Assembly: GCA_963664405.1 (NCBI GenBank)
Contig: OY761158.1
Coordinates: 2,720,001-2,784,000 of the forward strand
DNA from: Thermoanaerobaculia bacterium
GTDB lineage: Bacteria > Acidobacteriota > Thermoanaerobaculia > Multivoradales > Multivoraceae
Reading direction: 5' to 3'
Length of the DNA stretch: 64,000 nucleotides
Shown one piece after another: positions 21,101 through 29,945 of the stretch; position 1 is the stretch's first letter; every line of letters begins with the position of its first letter. The notes below the pieces were generated by a model. The model saw only the letters and a program-made list of their open reading frames with translations, had not been told where the DNA came from and did no database searches. The position numbers and the translations under genes are program-made.

Positions 21101-21138
21101 TCCGTAGCAATCGACTTCCACTGGAAGTCAGCTCCTGA
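15097..21138 (+). CDS. pfaA: PUFA synthase PfaA-like (KS-MAT-ACP-KR-DH), single ACP
   Basis: KS DAACASSL/EAHGTGT/GHTK; MAT FPGQGSQ, GHSFG, AFHS; one ACP LGIDSIKRVE; KR SGGARGVT...YAIAN; C-terminal DH HVLDGKAVVP. Confidence 0.95.
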   Translation: MKNQSSPGRGHDVALAIIGISCIFPEADSLEGYWRNIRNGVDSITDVPDTHWSPQDFFNADPKAPDMTYASRGGFLPAVDFNPLDFGIAPNALEATDTAQLLGLYTARRALIDAGYGPGRDFDRNRVSVVLGVTGTLELTISLGARLGHPLWRRALAESGVHGEVADDVVRRIADSYVEWQEASFPGLLGNVVAGRIANRLDLGGTNCVVDAACASSLSALHLASLELADGRCDMAITGGVDTLNDIFMYMCFSKTPALSPTGNARPFDHEGDGTILGEGVGMLVLKRLDDAVRDGDRIYAEIIGLGTSSDGKGNAIYAPSQSGQAKALRRAYERANAAPDTVELVEAHGTGTVVGDAVESKALSAVYRESRAEGTWCALGSVKSQIGHTKAAAGAASLIKAAMALHHKVLPPTLKVEKPLPQVAPGASPFYVNTDKRPWLTPFGHPRRAAVSSFGFGGSNFHCLLQEHVSGEGADLDEPDWDGDVQILAFGAPTQHRLKEWLLKLGQTASWEAVRELAKASREAFRQDDTERLLLVVERGQGAPADLATRAESLLEAHTEATWSTPDGIYYGRGRPAGDLAFLFPGQGSQYVGMLRDLACQFPSISSSLELADAAEPDNRLSDRIYPHPAFDDEALQLQENLLRDTRYAQPAIGAVSLGADRLLRSFGVAPAATAGHSFGELTALCTAGRLSTEDFTELSRLRGRLMGEEDGGRGAMLAVRAGVMEVDKIIAAESLELVVANRNAPTQIVLSGGTAEIERAAGILRLRQIDATRLPVSAAFHSPLVAAAAGPLAAALEEIQLGEGTVPVYANSSAMPYPTDEREAKALLAGQLASPVLFDELIRRMHSDGVRTFVETGPHARLSGLVASILDGEPHHAFALDASHGSRSGIRELARVLARIGSLGHDVALQPWDAAFRPTPALASAGREELSYRVGGANIRTRKRKPMQNDEIKPAHLPPSPRRAPAAAPETRSLQAPPSPTTPVAASVAEALRITQENMIALQRLQQQTALLHQQFLEGQNASQQHYNTLLQQQQRFVEMSLGLPIGPALLADPMTKPTRPIQAPEHPAATVAPAPLTDAISEAPAQAETPSTTAVTPEPTPAPAPVPVATVDVAKILLDIVAEKTGYPAEVLELSMELDADLGIDSIKRVEILSALQDELPDAPEVAPDQLGTLDTLQALLDLVPQDTDLPAPRIAAEPTPAVAVAAEAPPKVQTQRPLQRYALQSRDLGAALGEDAPRPKSAAAIWITDGDAELACEISALLSTEGYEPRVVSAESLNGAVEEPVAGLVILPPRQGTSDADLLGVLQVVQAAGSGLRATGRDGGAFLVSASRLDGAFGTTGDDIADPVSGGFAGLTKSAAHEWPEVRCLALDLAPDLSDADAASAIVAEIFRVGPPEVGLSAAGRTGLELVSRELSSSNGTLPLLEGEVAVLSGGARGVTAEVALALARSCRPTLVLLGRSPAPESEPEWLAALVTEAEIKQGLLAGGEASSPRQAGEIYDRIRAAREIRSNLERMSEAGATVRYLSVDVRDAAGLSDTLSSIAAEYGPVRVLVHGAGVLEDKLILEKTSESFQKVYAPKVAGLRNLLEAIDRDALRALVLFSSSTARYGRAGQVDYAIANEVLNKLAKHEALRLPGCKVMSLNWGPWEGGMVDPSLRTVFANEGVPLIPLAQGADHLLRELASDETAVERLVLGPALAGAPNLTHSQELTKSAGKEPGVSSTLPLVAEEQIDVASCPFLRSHVLDGKAVVPMAMLPEWLAHGALHGNPGLVFHGCDSLSVLKGLVLDTDGSLRLKIHAGDARKDDDGYRVQVELRAAQNDGREFLFARAEVLLTESLPSEQPRLVAPQGPAYEKSAAETYRDHLFHGPDLQGIERVHVCSPEGVVADASAAPPPKDWMERPFRRRWLTDPLTLDVGIQLLTFWTGVHSAGPSLPCATASYRQYQPFPESGARVVLRVTKSDKTRAFGDIEFLDADGHLVARFEGCENTIDPRLVSAFRSNRLPLEVSS

Positions 21139-21151
21139 TCGGGAGCCGTGC

Positions 21152-24100
21152 GTGAGTGAACGCCTCGCCATAGCCATCGTCGGCTTCGGGGGGGTCTTCC
21201 CCGGCGCCCGGAGCCTGAGGGAGCTCTGGGGAGCCATCGAACGTGGAGAAGATGCCGCCGCCGAGGTTCCAGTCGGGCGTTGGCACCTCGACCCTGACCA
21301 GGCGTATTCGCCTGAGATCGCTGCCGCGGACAGGGTCTACACCCGGCGAGCATGTCTGCTTGAAGACTTCGAGCTCGAGACTGAGAACCTCGCCATCGAC
21401 GCCCACTTCCTTGACCGGCTGGATCCCATGTTCCGGGTCGCGTTGCGCGCTGCGCAGATGGCCGTTGAGGACGCCGGCCCCGAGGCCATCGGGGCTGACC
21501 GCACCGGCGTTATCTTCGGCAATATCGTACTGCCTACGGACGCCGCCTCGGCCATGGCGCTGGCGACCCTTGGAAGGAGCTTCGCGGAGCGCCTTGGAGA
21601 GATTGGCCCGGAGCCGGAAGCCACGGAGCCGTTCAACCGATACGTCGCAGGGTACCCAGCTGGTCTGGTCGCCCACGCCCTGAACCTGCGCGGCGGCAGC
21701 TACACACTGGACGCGGCTTGTGCCTCTTCTCTCTACGCCCTGAAGCTCGCGTGTACCGAGCTGGTGTCGGGCCGGGCGGACGCCATGCTGGCCGGTGGCT
21801 TGTCGCGGCCATCGGCCCTCTACACCCAGATGGGCTTCAGCCAATTGCGGGCTCTTTCTCCGAGCGGCAGGTGTGCTCCCTTCGACCGACGTGCTGACGG
21901 CCTCGTCGTCGGCGAAGGCGCCGGGCTCTTCCTGCTCAAGCGCCTGGCTGACGCGGAGCGCGACGGGCACCGGATCCACGCCGTCATCCGTGGCATCGGC
22001 TTGAGCAACGACGTTGGCGGCAGCCTTCTCGCACCGGACCGCGAGGGCCAGCTCCGCTCCATGCGCGCCGCCTACGAGCAGGCCGGCTGGGCACCCAACG
22101 ATGTCGACCTCATCGAGTGCCACGGCACAGGCACTCCCGCCGGCGACAAGGTGGAGCTCGAGAGCATGCACCAGCTCTGGGGCGACGCGTCTCCCCGAAA
22201 GCGCCATTGCATCATAGGGTCGGTTAAATCAAACGTCGGCCATCTCCTGACCGGAGCTGGCGCGGCTGGGCTGGCGAAGGTCCTACTCGCCCTCGAGGCC
22301 GAGGCCCTGCCACCGACCGCCAACTTCGAGGCACCGCTCGACCCGCGCCTGCGCTCCGGCCCATTCCGCGTCCTTTCCAAGGCTGAGCCATGGACCCGAC
22401 GCTCCGACGGCGCTCCGCGACGTGCCGCCATCAGCGCCTTCGGCTTCGGCGGGATTAACGCCCACTTGCTCCTCGAGGAGTGGCGCTCTAGGTCGCGAGT
22501 GGCCGCCAGCGCGCCACCGCCTCGTCGCGGTGAGGACATCGCCATCGTTGGCATGGACGCGCACTTCGGCCCCTGGGAGGGCCTGCGCGCATTCCAGGAG
22601 CGGGTCCTTGGCGGCGAACCGGAGCTGCAGCCGGAGGCGCCGACGCGATGGTGGGGTGCTACTGAGTGTGACTGGTTCGAAGGCCTCGGGCTTCACGCGA
22701 ACGACTTTCCCGGTCACTACATCAAGGAACTGGAGGTTCCCCAGGGTCGCTTCCGCATCCCTCCAAAGGAGTTGGAGGAGATGCTCCCACAGCAGCTCCT
22801 GATGCTCAACGTGATGGCCAACGCGCTGGAGGACGCGCGTTTCGAGGACGATGAGCGCCTGCGCTCTGGTGTCTTCATCGGGATAGCACTCGACCTCAAC
22901 GCCACCAACTTCCACTTTCGTTGGTCGGTAAGAGAAGGCGTCCGCGCCAACACTGTGCCGCCACTCACCGCCAACCGCACTATGGGCGCACTAGGCGGCA
23001 TCGTCGCCAGCCGCATCGCGCGTGAGTTCCGCATCGGCGGGCCAAGCCACACCATCTCCAGCGAGGAAACCTCAGGCATGCGGGCGCTCGAGGTCGGTAT
23101 CCGGGCGCTGCAAGAGGGTGAGCTTGACAGCTGCCTCGTGGGAGCCGTCGACCTCGCCGGCGACGTGCGCGCCGTACTCGCCACCCACGCGGTCCGCCGC
23201 TACTCCGCAAGCGGGCGGGCTAGGCCCTTCGATGCCGGCGCCGACGGCACCGTAGTTGGCGAGGGAGCCGCAGCCCTCGTTCTCAAGCGTCTCGCGGACG
23301 CAGAGCGTGACGGCGACAGGGTCTACGCCGTGATCCGCGGCTTTGGCGGTGCCTCCGGCAGGGCCGCCCAGCGACCGATGCCAACCGCAGACGGGTATAG
23401 ACGTGCTCTTACGCGTGCTTATGAGGAGGCGGATCTCGATCCGTCGCTGGTCGGATACGTCGAGACCCACGGCAGCGGAGACCCCGTCGAGGACCGCATC
23501 GAGACCGAGGCGCTGTGCTCGTTTTTCGCACCGCGCCACCGTGCCCCCGTACGCCACCTCGGCGGCGTGAAGGCAGACGTTGGCCACGCAGGTGCCGCGG
23601 CGGCCCTGGCCTCTGTTGTCAAGACAGCCCTCTGCCTCTACCAAGAGGTGCTGCCCAGCGTACGCGGGCTGCGCACGGTACGTGCTGACCTCTCACCGAG
23701 AGACTTTCTGCTTGCAAGAGAGCCCCAGTACTGGCTACGAAATCGAGCAGACGGCCCGCGCCGCGCCGGCGTCAGTGCTCTCGGCGTTGATGGCGGCTGC
23801 TGCCACGTGGTGCTCGAGGAGCACGAGGAGAGCAAGGGCGCTGCCACCCTCGCACACCGGCGCCAACCCCTTGGCGCGCGCAGTGAAGCTCTCTTCGCCG
23901 TTGAAGGGGACGACGTCGGGCAGCTGGAAGCCCGTCTGGTCGCACTCGCCACTCACGCGCACGAGGCCGAGCCCATCGAGCTCCTGGCTCACGACTGGTT
24001 CCGCAAGATAGGTCAGCGACCCGACGCCAAGCTCGGCCTGGCTCTGGTAGCGCGATCTCGGGAAGAACTGCTCCGACTCGTGGAATCGGCCGGCGCAATG

Positions 24101-27100
24101 CTCCGTGGAGAGGCTGACGACAGCGCGCTGCCTGAATCGAAACGGATCCTCTGGAACTCCCATCCCCTCGGCCGACGCGGCAGGCTCACCTTCGTCTTCC
24201 CTGGCTCGGGCAATCACTACACCGGGATGGGCCGAGAGCTCGCGGTCGAGTGGCCGGAGATCGCCCGCAGGCAAGACGCAGAGAATCTCTACCTACCCCA
24301 GCAACTCCTGCCCGACCGCTTCTGGAACGCGTCCTCGACCAAGAGTCCGCTGGACGACGACCGCGCATTCATCATCGCGCAGGTGGCGCTGAGTACGCTG
24401 GTCTGCGACCTGGTTCGCTCTTTCGGTGTCGAGCCCGGCAGCGTGCTTGGCTACAGCCTCGGGGAGTCTGCAGCCCTTTTCTCCCTGCGCGCCTGGCGGG
24501 ACCGCGAGCGGATGCTCGCCCGCCTGATGGAGAGCTCGCTGTTCACCGACGACCTCGCGGGGCCACGCGACAGTACTCGCAAGAGCTGGGGCCTGACCGA
24601 GCTCGAGGGGGTGGACTGGGTAACCGGCGTTGTTGACCGCACGGCGGCAGCGGTGCGCGGAGTACTCGACGCCGAAGAGCGTGTCTACCTGTTGATCATC
24701 AACACTCCGGCGGAGTGTGTCATCGGCGGCGACCGCAAACGGGTGGCCGCGGTGGTGGATGCGCTGCACTGCAACTTCCACGCGCTGGAAGGCGTGCCGA
24801 CCGTCCACTGTGCGGTGGCAGAGTCTGTGGCCAAGCAGTACCACGACTTTCACCTCTTCCCGACGACGCCGCCAGCCGGCGTTCGCTTTTACAGCGCCGC
24901 CGCGGGAGACGTCTATGAGGTGACCAGGGAGAGCGCCGCCGACAGTATTCTCGAACAAGCGGTGAGGGGCTTCGACTTCCCGCGCCTGATCGAGCGAGCG
25001 TACGAGAACGGGGTGCGCATCTTCCTCGAGATGGGCCCGGGTTCCTCGTGCACACGCATGATCTCACGCATCCTCGAGGGCCGCCCCCACGTCGCTCAGT
25101 CCGCGCTCAGCGCCCAGAACGGTGATGTCTCTTCTCTGCTGCGCCTCCTCGGTCGGCTGATCGCCGAGCGCGTCCCCGTCGATCTGCAGGCTCTCTACGG
25201 CGTCGAGACTCGAGCTGTCGGCCACCGTAGCGCCGTGCGCGAGGGGTCCTCGGCGCAGCGGATACCTGTTGGAGGCGACCCCTTCCACCTTCGCCGAAGG
25301 GACCCGCAAATGGAGCCGCCGGAGCCCCGCACTGCACCGGCGCCGGCGGCCGTTGGCGAGGCGCCGGCAGCTTTGCTGGCACCAGAGGTCCTGGCTCCCC
25401 CGAGACTCCCCGACGGCGCCTTGACCACCCCAGCTGAGAACACGCTGCTTGAAGGACTGAGCGCCTCGAGCGAGGCTCGTGCCAAGGCGCATGCGGCTTA
25501 CCTTCACACCGCCTACGAGCTCGACCGAGCGCTGCAAGAGACGGCTGCCTACCAATTCCGCCTAACAGAGGAGCTGATGCACGTCGCGACCGCGGGGAGA
25601 ACGGCTACGAGCGAGGCCGGACCCGCTACGGCCCTGGCGCCACCGATGACGGCGCCGATGGCACCGGCGCCGTCTCCCTCCCAAGCGGTCCTGTTCGATC
25701 GCGAAGCGTGCTTGGAGTTCGCCGTCGGCTCGATCGCCAAGGTCCTGGGAGAGTCCTACGCCTCCATCGACGAGCACCCGACCCGAGTTCGTCTGCCCGA
25801 CGAGCCCCTCATGCTCGTTGACCGCATCCTCGCCGTTGAGGGCGAGCCGCACTCGATGACAGGTGGACGGGTTCTCACCGAGCACGATGTCGGGGTGCGC
25901 CCCTGGTACCTCGACTGTGGCGCCATCCCCACCAGCATCGCAGTGGAATCCGGTCAGGCCGACCTCTTCCTTTCCGGCTGGCTCGGCATCGACACCCACA
26001 CGGGCGGCCTGGCCAGGTATCGCCTCTTGGACGCGGTGGTCACGTTCCACGACCATCTCCCGAAGCCGGGCGAGGTCATTCGCTACGACATTCGCATCGA
26101 GCGCTTCTTCCGCCAGGGGGAGACGTGGCTCTTCTACTTCTCGTTCGAGGCGACGGTGGACACCAGGCCGCTTCTCTCCATGCGCGAAGGCTGCGCAGGC
26201 TTCTTTACCGTCGGGGAGCTCGAGGCGGGCCAGGGCATCGTACGAACAACCATCGACGGGCGAGTGCGGCCTGGCGTCCTGCCGAAAGACTGGAAGGCCC
26301 TTGCGCCGATGTCGGCCTGCGAGTCTTACGACGGAGAGCAGATCGCGGCCCTTCGTCGTGGCGACCTCGCGACGTGCTTCGGGCCCGCTTTCGCCGACCT
26401 GCCGATCAACGTGCCCGAGACTCTGCCTTGCGGTCTACTGGAACTAGTGCATCGGGTCAGCCGGCTGGAGCCCGACGGAGGCCGCTTCGGCCTCGGGATG
26501 GTGCGAGGGGAAGCGGACATCCGGCCCAACGACTGGTTCCTCACCTGCCACTTCAGTGACGACATGGTCATGCCAGGAACGCTCATGTACGAGTGCTGCC
26601 TGCACACCCTCCGGGTCTACCTTCTCCGCCTGGGATGGGTAGGAGAAGCCGGCAAGGTCCGCTATGAGCCCGTTCCCGGAGTCCAGAGCCGCCTCAAGTG
26701 CAGGGGCCAGGTCACAGAGAGTACAACGCGCGTCACTTACGAGATCGAGATCAAGGAGCTAGGGTACGGGCCTGAGCCTTTCGCTATCGGCGACGCCCTC
26801 ATGTACGCCGATGGCAAGCCCGTCGTCGAGATCGCAGATATGTCCGTGCGCCTGACCGGCCTCGGCCGCGACGACGTTGAGGTGCTATGGCAAACGCGCG
26901 AAGAGAGTGTGCTCTTCGACCGGGCTTCGATCCTTGCCTTCGCAACCGGAAAGCCGTCGGAGGCCTTCGGTGACCGCTATCGCCCCTTCGACGATGGGCG
27001 GGCCATTGCCCGCCTGCCAGGGCCGCCCTTCGCGTTCATCGACCGAGTGATCGCGACAGCAGGGTCGGCCTTCGAGTTGCAGGCCGGCGCCGCGGCCACG

Positions 27101-27994
27101 GCGAAGTACGACGTCGCCACGGAGGGCTGGACCTTCGAGTCCAACCGCCAGGCAGACATGGCCTTCGCGGTCCTGCTCGAGATCGCGCTCCAGCCGTGCG
27201 GCTGGCTGGCCGCCTACTGCGGCTCGGCATTGACCAGCGAAACGGATCTCCGCTTCAGAAACCTCGGTGGCCGTGCGCTGCAGCGACGCCGGGTCTGGCC
27301 AGATTCCGGGACCCTTAGCACCGAGGTGAAGCTGACGGATGTCTCTCACTCAGGCGGCATGCTCATTCAGCGCTTCGACATGAGGATGACCGACGAAGAG
27401 GGCGTCGTTTTCGAGGGCGACACCTACTTCGGTTTCTTCAGCGCCGACGCCCTTGCCAACCAGATCGGCATCCGTGAGGCCAAGAGGTACGAACCAACCG
27501 CGGCCGAGATGGCTGGGGCCATCACCTTCCAATACCCAACGGACGCGCCCCATCCTGACCAGCGACTGCGAATGGTTGCAGACATTGACCTGCTCCTACG
27601 CGAGGGCGGGCCCAACCGCCTCGGCTTCGTCCGTGGCAGCATCGCGGTGGACCCCGGCGCCTGGTTCTTCAAGGCCCACTTCCACCAAGACCCTGTCTGG
27701 CCAGGCTCTCTCGGGTGCGAGTCGTTCCTCCAGCTCCTCAAGGTTTTCGCCGCGGACCGTTGGGGAGTCGACCGCAACACCGCGTGGCAGACGAACGCTC
27801 TCGGCAAGGAGCATCGTTGGACCTACCGCGGTCAGGTGCTGCCTACCGACGAGAAAGTCGAAGTAGAAGCTGTCATCACCGAGCTGGACGACGAGGCCCG
27901 CCGCGTCGTGGCCAGCGGATACCTCACCGTTGACAGCCGCACGATCTATCAGTTCGAAGACTTCAGCCTCGAGATCATAGGGGAGCGCGAGTGA
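21152..27994 (+). CDS. pfaBC: PUFA synthase PfaB/C fusion (KS-CLF-AT-FabA-like DH domains)
   Basis: Active KS (DAACASSL, ECHGTGT, GHLL); second KS lacking the Cys (SSEETSG = chain length factor); AT GYSLG; FabA motifs WFLTCHFSDDMVMPGTLMYE and WFFKAHFHQDPVWPGSLGCE. GTG at 21152. Confidence 0.93.
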   Translation: MSERLAIAIVGFGGVFPGARSLRELWGAIERGEDAAAEVPVGRWHLDPDQAYSPEIAAADRVYTRRACLLEDFELETENLAIDAHFLDRLDPMFRVALRAAQMAVEDAGPEAIGADRTGVIFGNIVLPTDAASAMALATLGRSFAERLGEIGPEPEATEPFNRYVAGYPAGLVAHALNLRGGSYTLDAACASSLYALKLACTELVSGRADAMLAGGLSRPSALYTQMGFSQLRALSPSGRCAPFDRRADGLVVGEGAGLFLLKRLADAERDGHRIHAVIRGIGLSNDVGGSLLAPDREGQLRSMRAAYEQAGWAPNDVDLIECHGTGTPAGDKVELESMHQLWGDASPRKRHCIIGSVKSNVGHLLTGAGAAGLAKVLLALEAEALPPTANFEAPLDPRLRSGPFRVLSKAEPWTRRSDGAPRRAAISAFGFGGINAHLLLEEWRSRSRVAASAPPPRRGEDIAIVGMDAHFGPWEGLRAFQERVLGGEPELQPEAPTRWWGATECDWFEGLGLHANDFPGHYIKELEVPQGRFRIPPKELEEMLPQQLLMLNVMANALEDARFEDDERLRSGVFIGIALDLNATNFHFRWSVREGVRANTVPPLTANRTMGALGGIVASRIAREFRIGGPSHTISSEETSGMRALEVGIRALQEGELDSCLVGAVDLAGDVRAVLATHAVRRYSASGRARPFDAGADGTVVGEGAAALVLKRLADAERDGDRVYAVIRGFGGASGRAAQRPMPTADGYRRALTRAYEEADLDPSLVGYVETHGSGDPVEDRIETEALCSFFAPRHRAPVRHLGGVKADVGHAGAAAALASVVKTALCLYQEVLPSVRGLRTVRADLSPRDFLLAREPQYWLRNRADGPRRAGVSALGVDGGCCHVVLEEHEESKGAATLAHRRQPLGARSEALFAVEGDDVGQLEARLVALATHAHEAEPIELLAHDWFRKIGQRPDAKLGLALVARSREELLRLVESAGAMLRGEADDSALPESKRILWNSHPLGRRGRLTFVFPGSGNHYTGMGRELAVEWPEIARRQDAENLYLPQQLLPDRFWNASSTKSPLDDDRAFIIAQVALSTLVCDLVRSFGVEPGSVLGYSLGESAALFSLRAWRDRERMLARLMESSLFTDDLAGPRDSTRKSWGLTELEGVDWVTGVVDRTAAAVRGVLDAEERVYLLIINTPAECVIGGDRKRVAAVVDALHCNFHALEGVPTVHCAVAESVAKQYHDFHLFPTTPPAGVRFYSAAAGDVYEVTRESAADSILEQAVRGFDFPRLIERAYENGVRIFLEMGPGSSCTRMISRILEGRPHVAQSALSAQNGDVSSLLRLLGRLIAERVPVDLQALYGVETRAVGHRSAVREGSSAQRIPVGGDPFHLRRRDPQMEPPEPRTAPAPAAVGEAPAALLAPEVLAPPRLPDGALTTPAENTLLEGLSASSEARAKAHAAYLHTAYELDRALQETAAYQFRLTEELMHVATAGRTATSEAGPATALAPPMTAPMAPAPSPSQAVLFDREACLEFAVGSIAKVLGESYASIDEHPTRVRLPDEPLMLVDRILAVEGEPHSMTGGRVLTEHDVGVRPWYLDCGAIPTSIAVESGQADLFLSGWLGIDTHTGGLARYRLLDAVVTFHDHLPKPGEVIRYDIRIERFFRQGETWLFYFSFEATVDTRPLLSMREGCAGFFTVGELEAGQGIVRTTIDGRVRPGVLPKDWKALAPMSACESYDGEQIAALRRGDLATCFGPAFADLPINVPETLPCGLLELVHRVSRLEPDGGRFGLGMVRGEADIRPNDWFLTCHFSDDMVMPGTLMYECCLHTLRVYLLRLGWVGEAGKVRYEPVPGVQSRLKCRGQVTESTTRVTYEIEIKELGYGPEPFAIGDALMYADGKPVVEIADMSVRLTGLGRDDVEVLWQTREESVLFDRASILAFATGKPSEAFGDRYRPFDDGRAIARLPGPPFAFIDRVIATAGSAFELQAGAAATAKYDVATEGWTFESNRQADMAFAVLLEIALQPCGWLAAYCGSALTSETDLRFRNLGGRALQRRRVWPDSGTLSTEVKLTDVSHSGGMLIQRFDMRMTDEEGVVFEGDTYFGFFSADALANQIGIREAKRYEPTAAEMAGAITFQYPTDAPHPDQRLRMVADIDLLLREGGPNRLGFVRGSIAVDPGAWFFKAHFHQDPVWPGSLGCESFLQLLKVFAADRWGVDRNTAWQTNALGKEHRWTYRGQVLPTDEKVEVEAVITELDDEARRVVASGYLTVDSRTIYQFEDFSLEIIGERE

Positions 27995-29046
27995 AGTACA
28001 CATCGGTGTATCTCGAGGCAATAGGCTACGAGCTGGCACCCGTTGTGGTCACCTCAGACGAGCTCGAGGAGCGCCTCGAGCCCTTGTACAGAGACCTTCA
28101 TCTGGCCAAGGGCTCGCTCGAGGCGCTCACCGGCATCGCCGAGCGCCGCTGGTGGGAGCCCAGCCACTCTCTCTCTCGGAGCGCAGCGGCGGCGGCGAAG
28201 AAGGCCCTCACCAGGGCCAGAATTCCCACTGACGCGTTGGGAAGCATCGTCTACGCCGGCGTCTGTAGGGAAAGCTTCGAGCCGGCCACCGCCTGCGCCG
28301 TTGCGGCCGAGCTCGGCGTCGAGGGTGCCGCGGCGGTCTACGACATCAGCAACGCCTGCCTTGGCATTCTGAACGGCATCCAAGAAATCGCCAATCGCAT
28401 CGAGCTCGGCCAGATCCGCGCCGGCATCGTGATCTCGGCGGAGACGGCGCGCGAAATCGTCGATGTGACCCTCGAGCACATGTTGGGCGTTGGCACGATG
28501 GCAGCCTACACCGCGGGTCTTGCGACCCTGACCGGCGGCTCGGGTGCGGTTGCTGTACTGCTCACCGACGGCTCTTTCGACAACGCAGAGAGCCACCGCG
28601 TGCTCGGAGGCGCTCAGCGCGCGGCTCCCGAACACTACGGACTGTGCCGGTGGGGCCTCGCCGACGCGCCAACGCTACATCGAAGCGAGCCGTTGGCGCA
28701 GTCGATGGTCACCGATGCCGCCGCCGTGCTGCAGCACGGACTGGCCCTCGGCATCGAGACATGGGGTGACTTCCTCAGCGAGATGGACTGGCAAGTCCAT
28801 GACGTCGACCGCGTCATCTGCCACCAGGTAGGTACGCCCCACAGGGACGCGATCCTCGCGTCAATCGGGATCGGGCTCGAGAAGGACTTCTCCACCTTCC
28901 CCAACCTGGGCAACGTCGGCACTGTTTCTCTGCCAATCACCGCTGCGCTGGCGGAGGAGCGCGGCGCGCTACGGCCTGGTGATCGAGTGGCCTTCCTTGG
29001 CATCGGAAGCGGCTTGAACTGCATCATGCTCGGCGTAGAGTGGTAG
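27991..29046 (+). CDS. oleA: OleA thiolase-like condensing enzyme
   Basis: 'FEPATA' (catalytic Glu), 'SNACLG', 'LTGGSGA', 'CHQVG', 'GIGSGLN'. First of a canonical oleABCD run. Confidence 0.92.
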   Translation: MKYTSVYLEAIGYELAPVVVTSDELEERLEPLYRDLHLAKGSLEALTGIAERRWWEPSHSLSRSAAAAAKKALTRARIPTDALGSIVYAGVCRESFEPATACAVAAELGVEGAAAVYDISNACLGILNGIQEIANRIELGQIRAGIVISAETAREIVDVTLEHMLGVGTMAAYTAGLATLTGGSGAVAVLLTDGSFDNAESHRVLGGAQRAAPEHYGLCRWGLADAPTLHRSEPLAQSMVTDAAAVLQHGLALGIETWGDFLSEMDWQVHDVDRVICHQVGTPHRDAILASIGIGLEKDFSTFPNLGNVGTVSLPITAALAEERGALRPGDRVAFLGIGSGLNCIMLGVEW

Positions 29047-29945
29047 CCGTGGAGCCCCGCTTCGAGGACTACCCTTTCGAGAGTCGATTCCTGGATCTCG
29101 ACGGGGTGCGCATGCACCATCTCGACGAGGGCGAAGGTCCTGCCGTCGTCATGGTGCACGGCAACCCAACCTGGTCGTACTACTACCGCCACTTGGTGTC
29201 GGCACTGCGAGGCAGCCACCGGATCGTCGTACCGGACCACGTGGGCTGTGGACTCTCGGACAAGCCGGCCGAGTCCGCGTACCCTTACCGCCTCGAGCGC
29301 CGAGTGCAGGATCTCGAGCGACTGATCGAGCACACGGACCTGGACGGTAGAGTCACTCTGGTTGTGCATGACTGGGGGGGCATGATCGGCATGGCCTGGG
29401 CGGTGCGCCATCCCGAGCGGGTCGCGCGCCTGGTCATCTTGAACACCTGTGGTTTCCACTTGCCGGCGGGCGATCGGGTGCCACTCTCGTTGCGTCTCTC
29501 ACGGTCCCCGGTGGGTGCGCTCCTGGTGCGAGGCCTCAATCTGTTCTGCCGCGGCGCCCTCCGCTATTGCGCAGTGCAGCGACGGCTCACCGCCGGAGAG
29601 CGCCGTGCCTACCTAGCGCCCTACGACTCGTGGAACCATCGCCTGGCCGTGCATCGCTTCATCCAAGACATCCCGCTGCAACCAAGCGACCCCGGCTACG
29701 ACATCGTCAGCGAGGTCGAGGTCGGGCTCGAGCACTTTCTCGATACGCCGACTCTTCTGCTATGGGGCATGCGCGACTTCGTCTTCGGCCCGAGCTACCT
29801 GGCGGAGTGGGAGCGGAGAATGCCCCATGGCCGCGTCCACCGCTATGAGAACGCCGGCCACTACGTGCTCGAGGACGCACGAGATGAGCTGCGCTCTCTA
29901 ATCGTCTCGTTCGTGTCGGGGGCGTCCATGGCAACAGCGTCGTGA
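29040..29945 (+). CDS. oleB: OleB beta-lactone decarboxylase (haloalkane dehalogenase-like hydrolase)
   Basis: HGNPTWS, PDHVGCGLSDKP, VHDWGG, AGHYVLED. Confidence 0.92.
   Translation: MVAVEPRFEDYPFESRFLDLDGVRMHHLDEGEGPAVVMVHGNPTWSYYYRHLVSALRGSHRIVVPDHVGCGLSDKPAESAYPYRLERRVQDLERLIEHTDLDGRVTLVVHDWGGMIGMAWAVRHPERVARLVILNTCGFHLPAGDRVPLSLRLSRSPVGALLVRGLNLFCRGALRYCAVQRRLTAGERRAYLAPYDSWNHRLAVHRFIQDIPLQPSDPGYDIVSEVEVGLEHFLDTPTLLLWGMRDFVFGPSYLAEWERRMPHGRVHRYENAGHYVLEDARDELRSLIVSFVSGASMATAS

Noticed and set aside
29040-29945. Haloalkane dehalogenase
   Set aside because: Its position between oleA and oleC identifies it as OleB.
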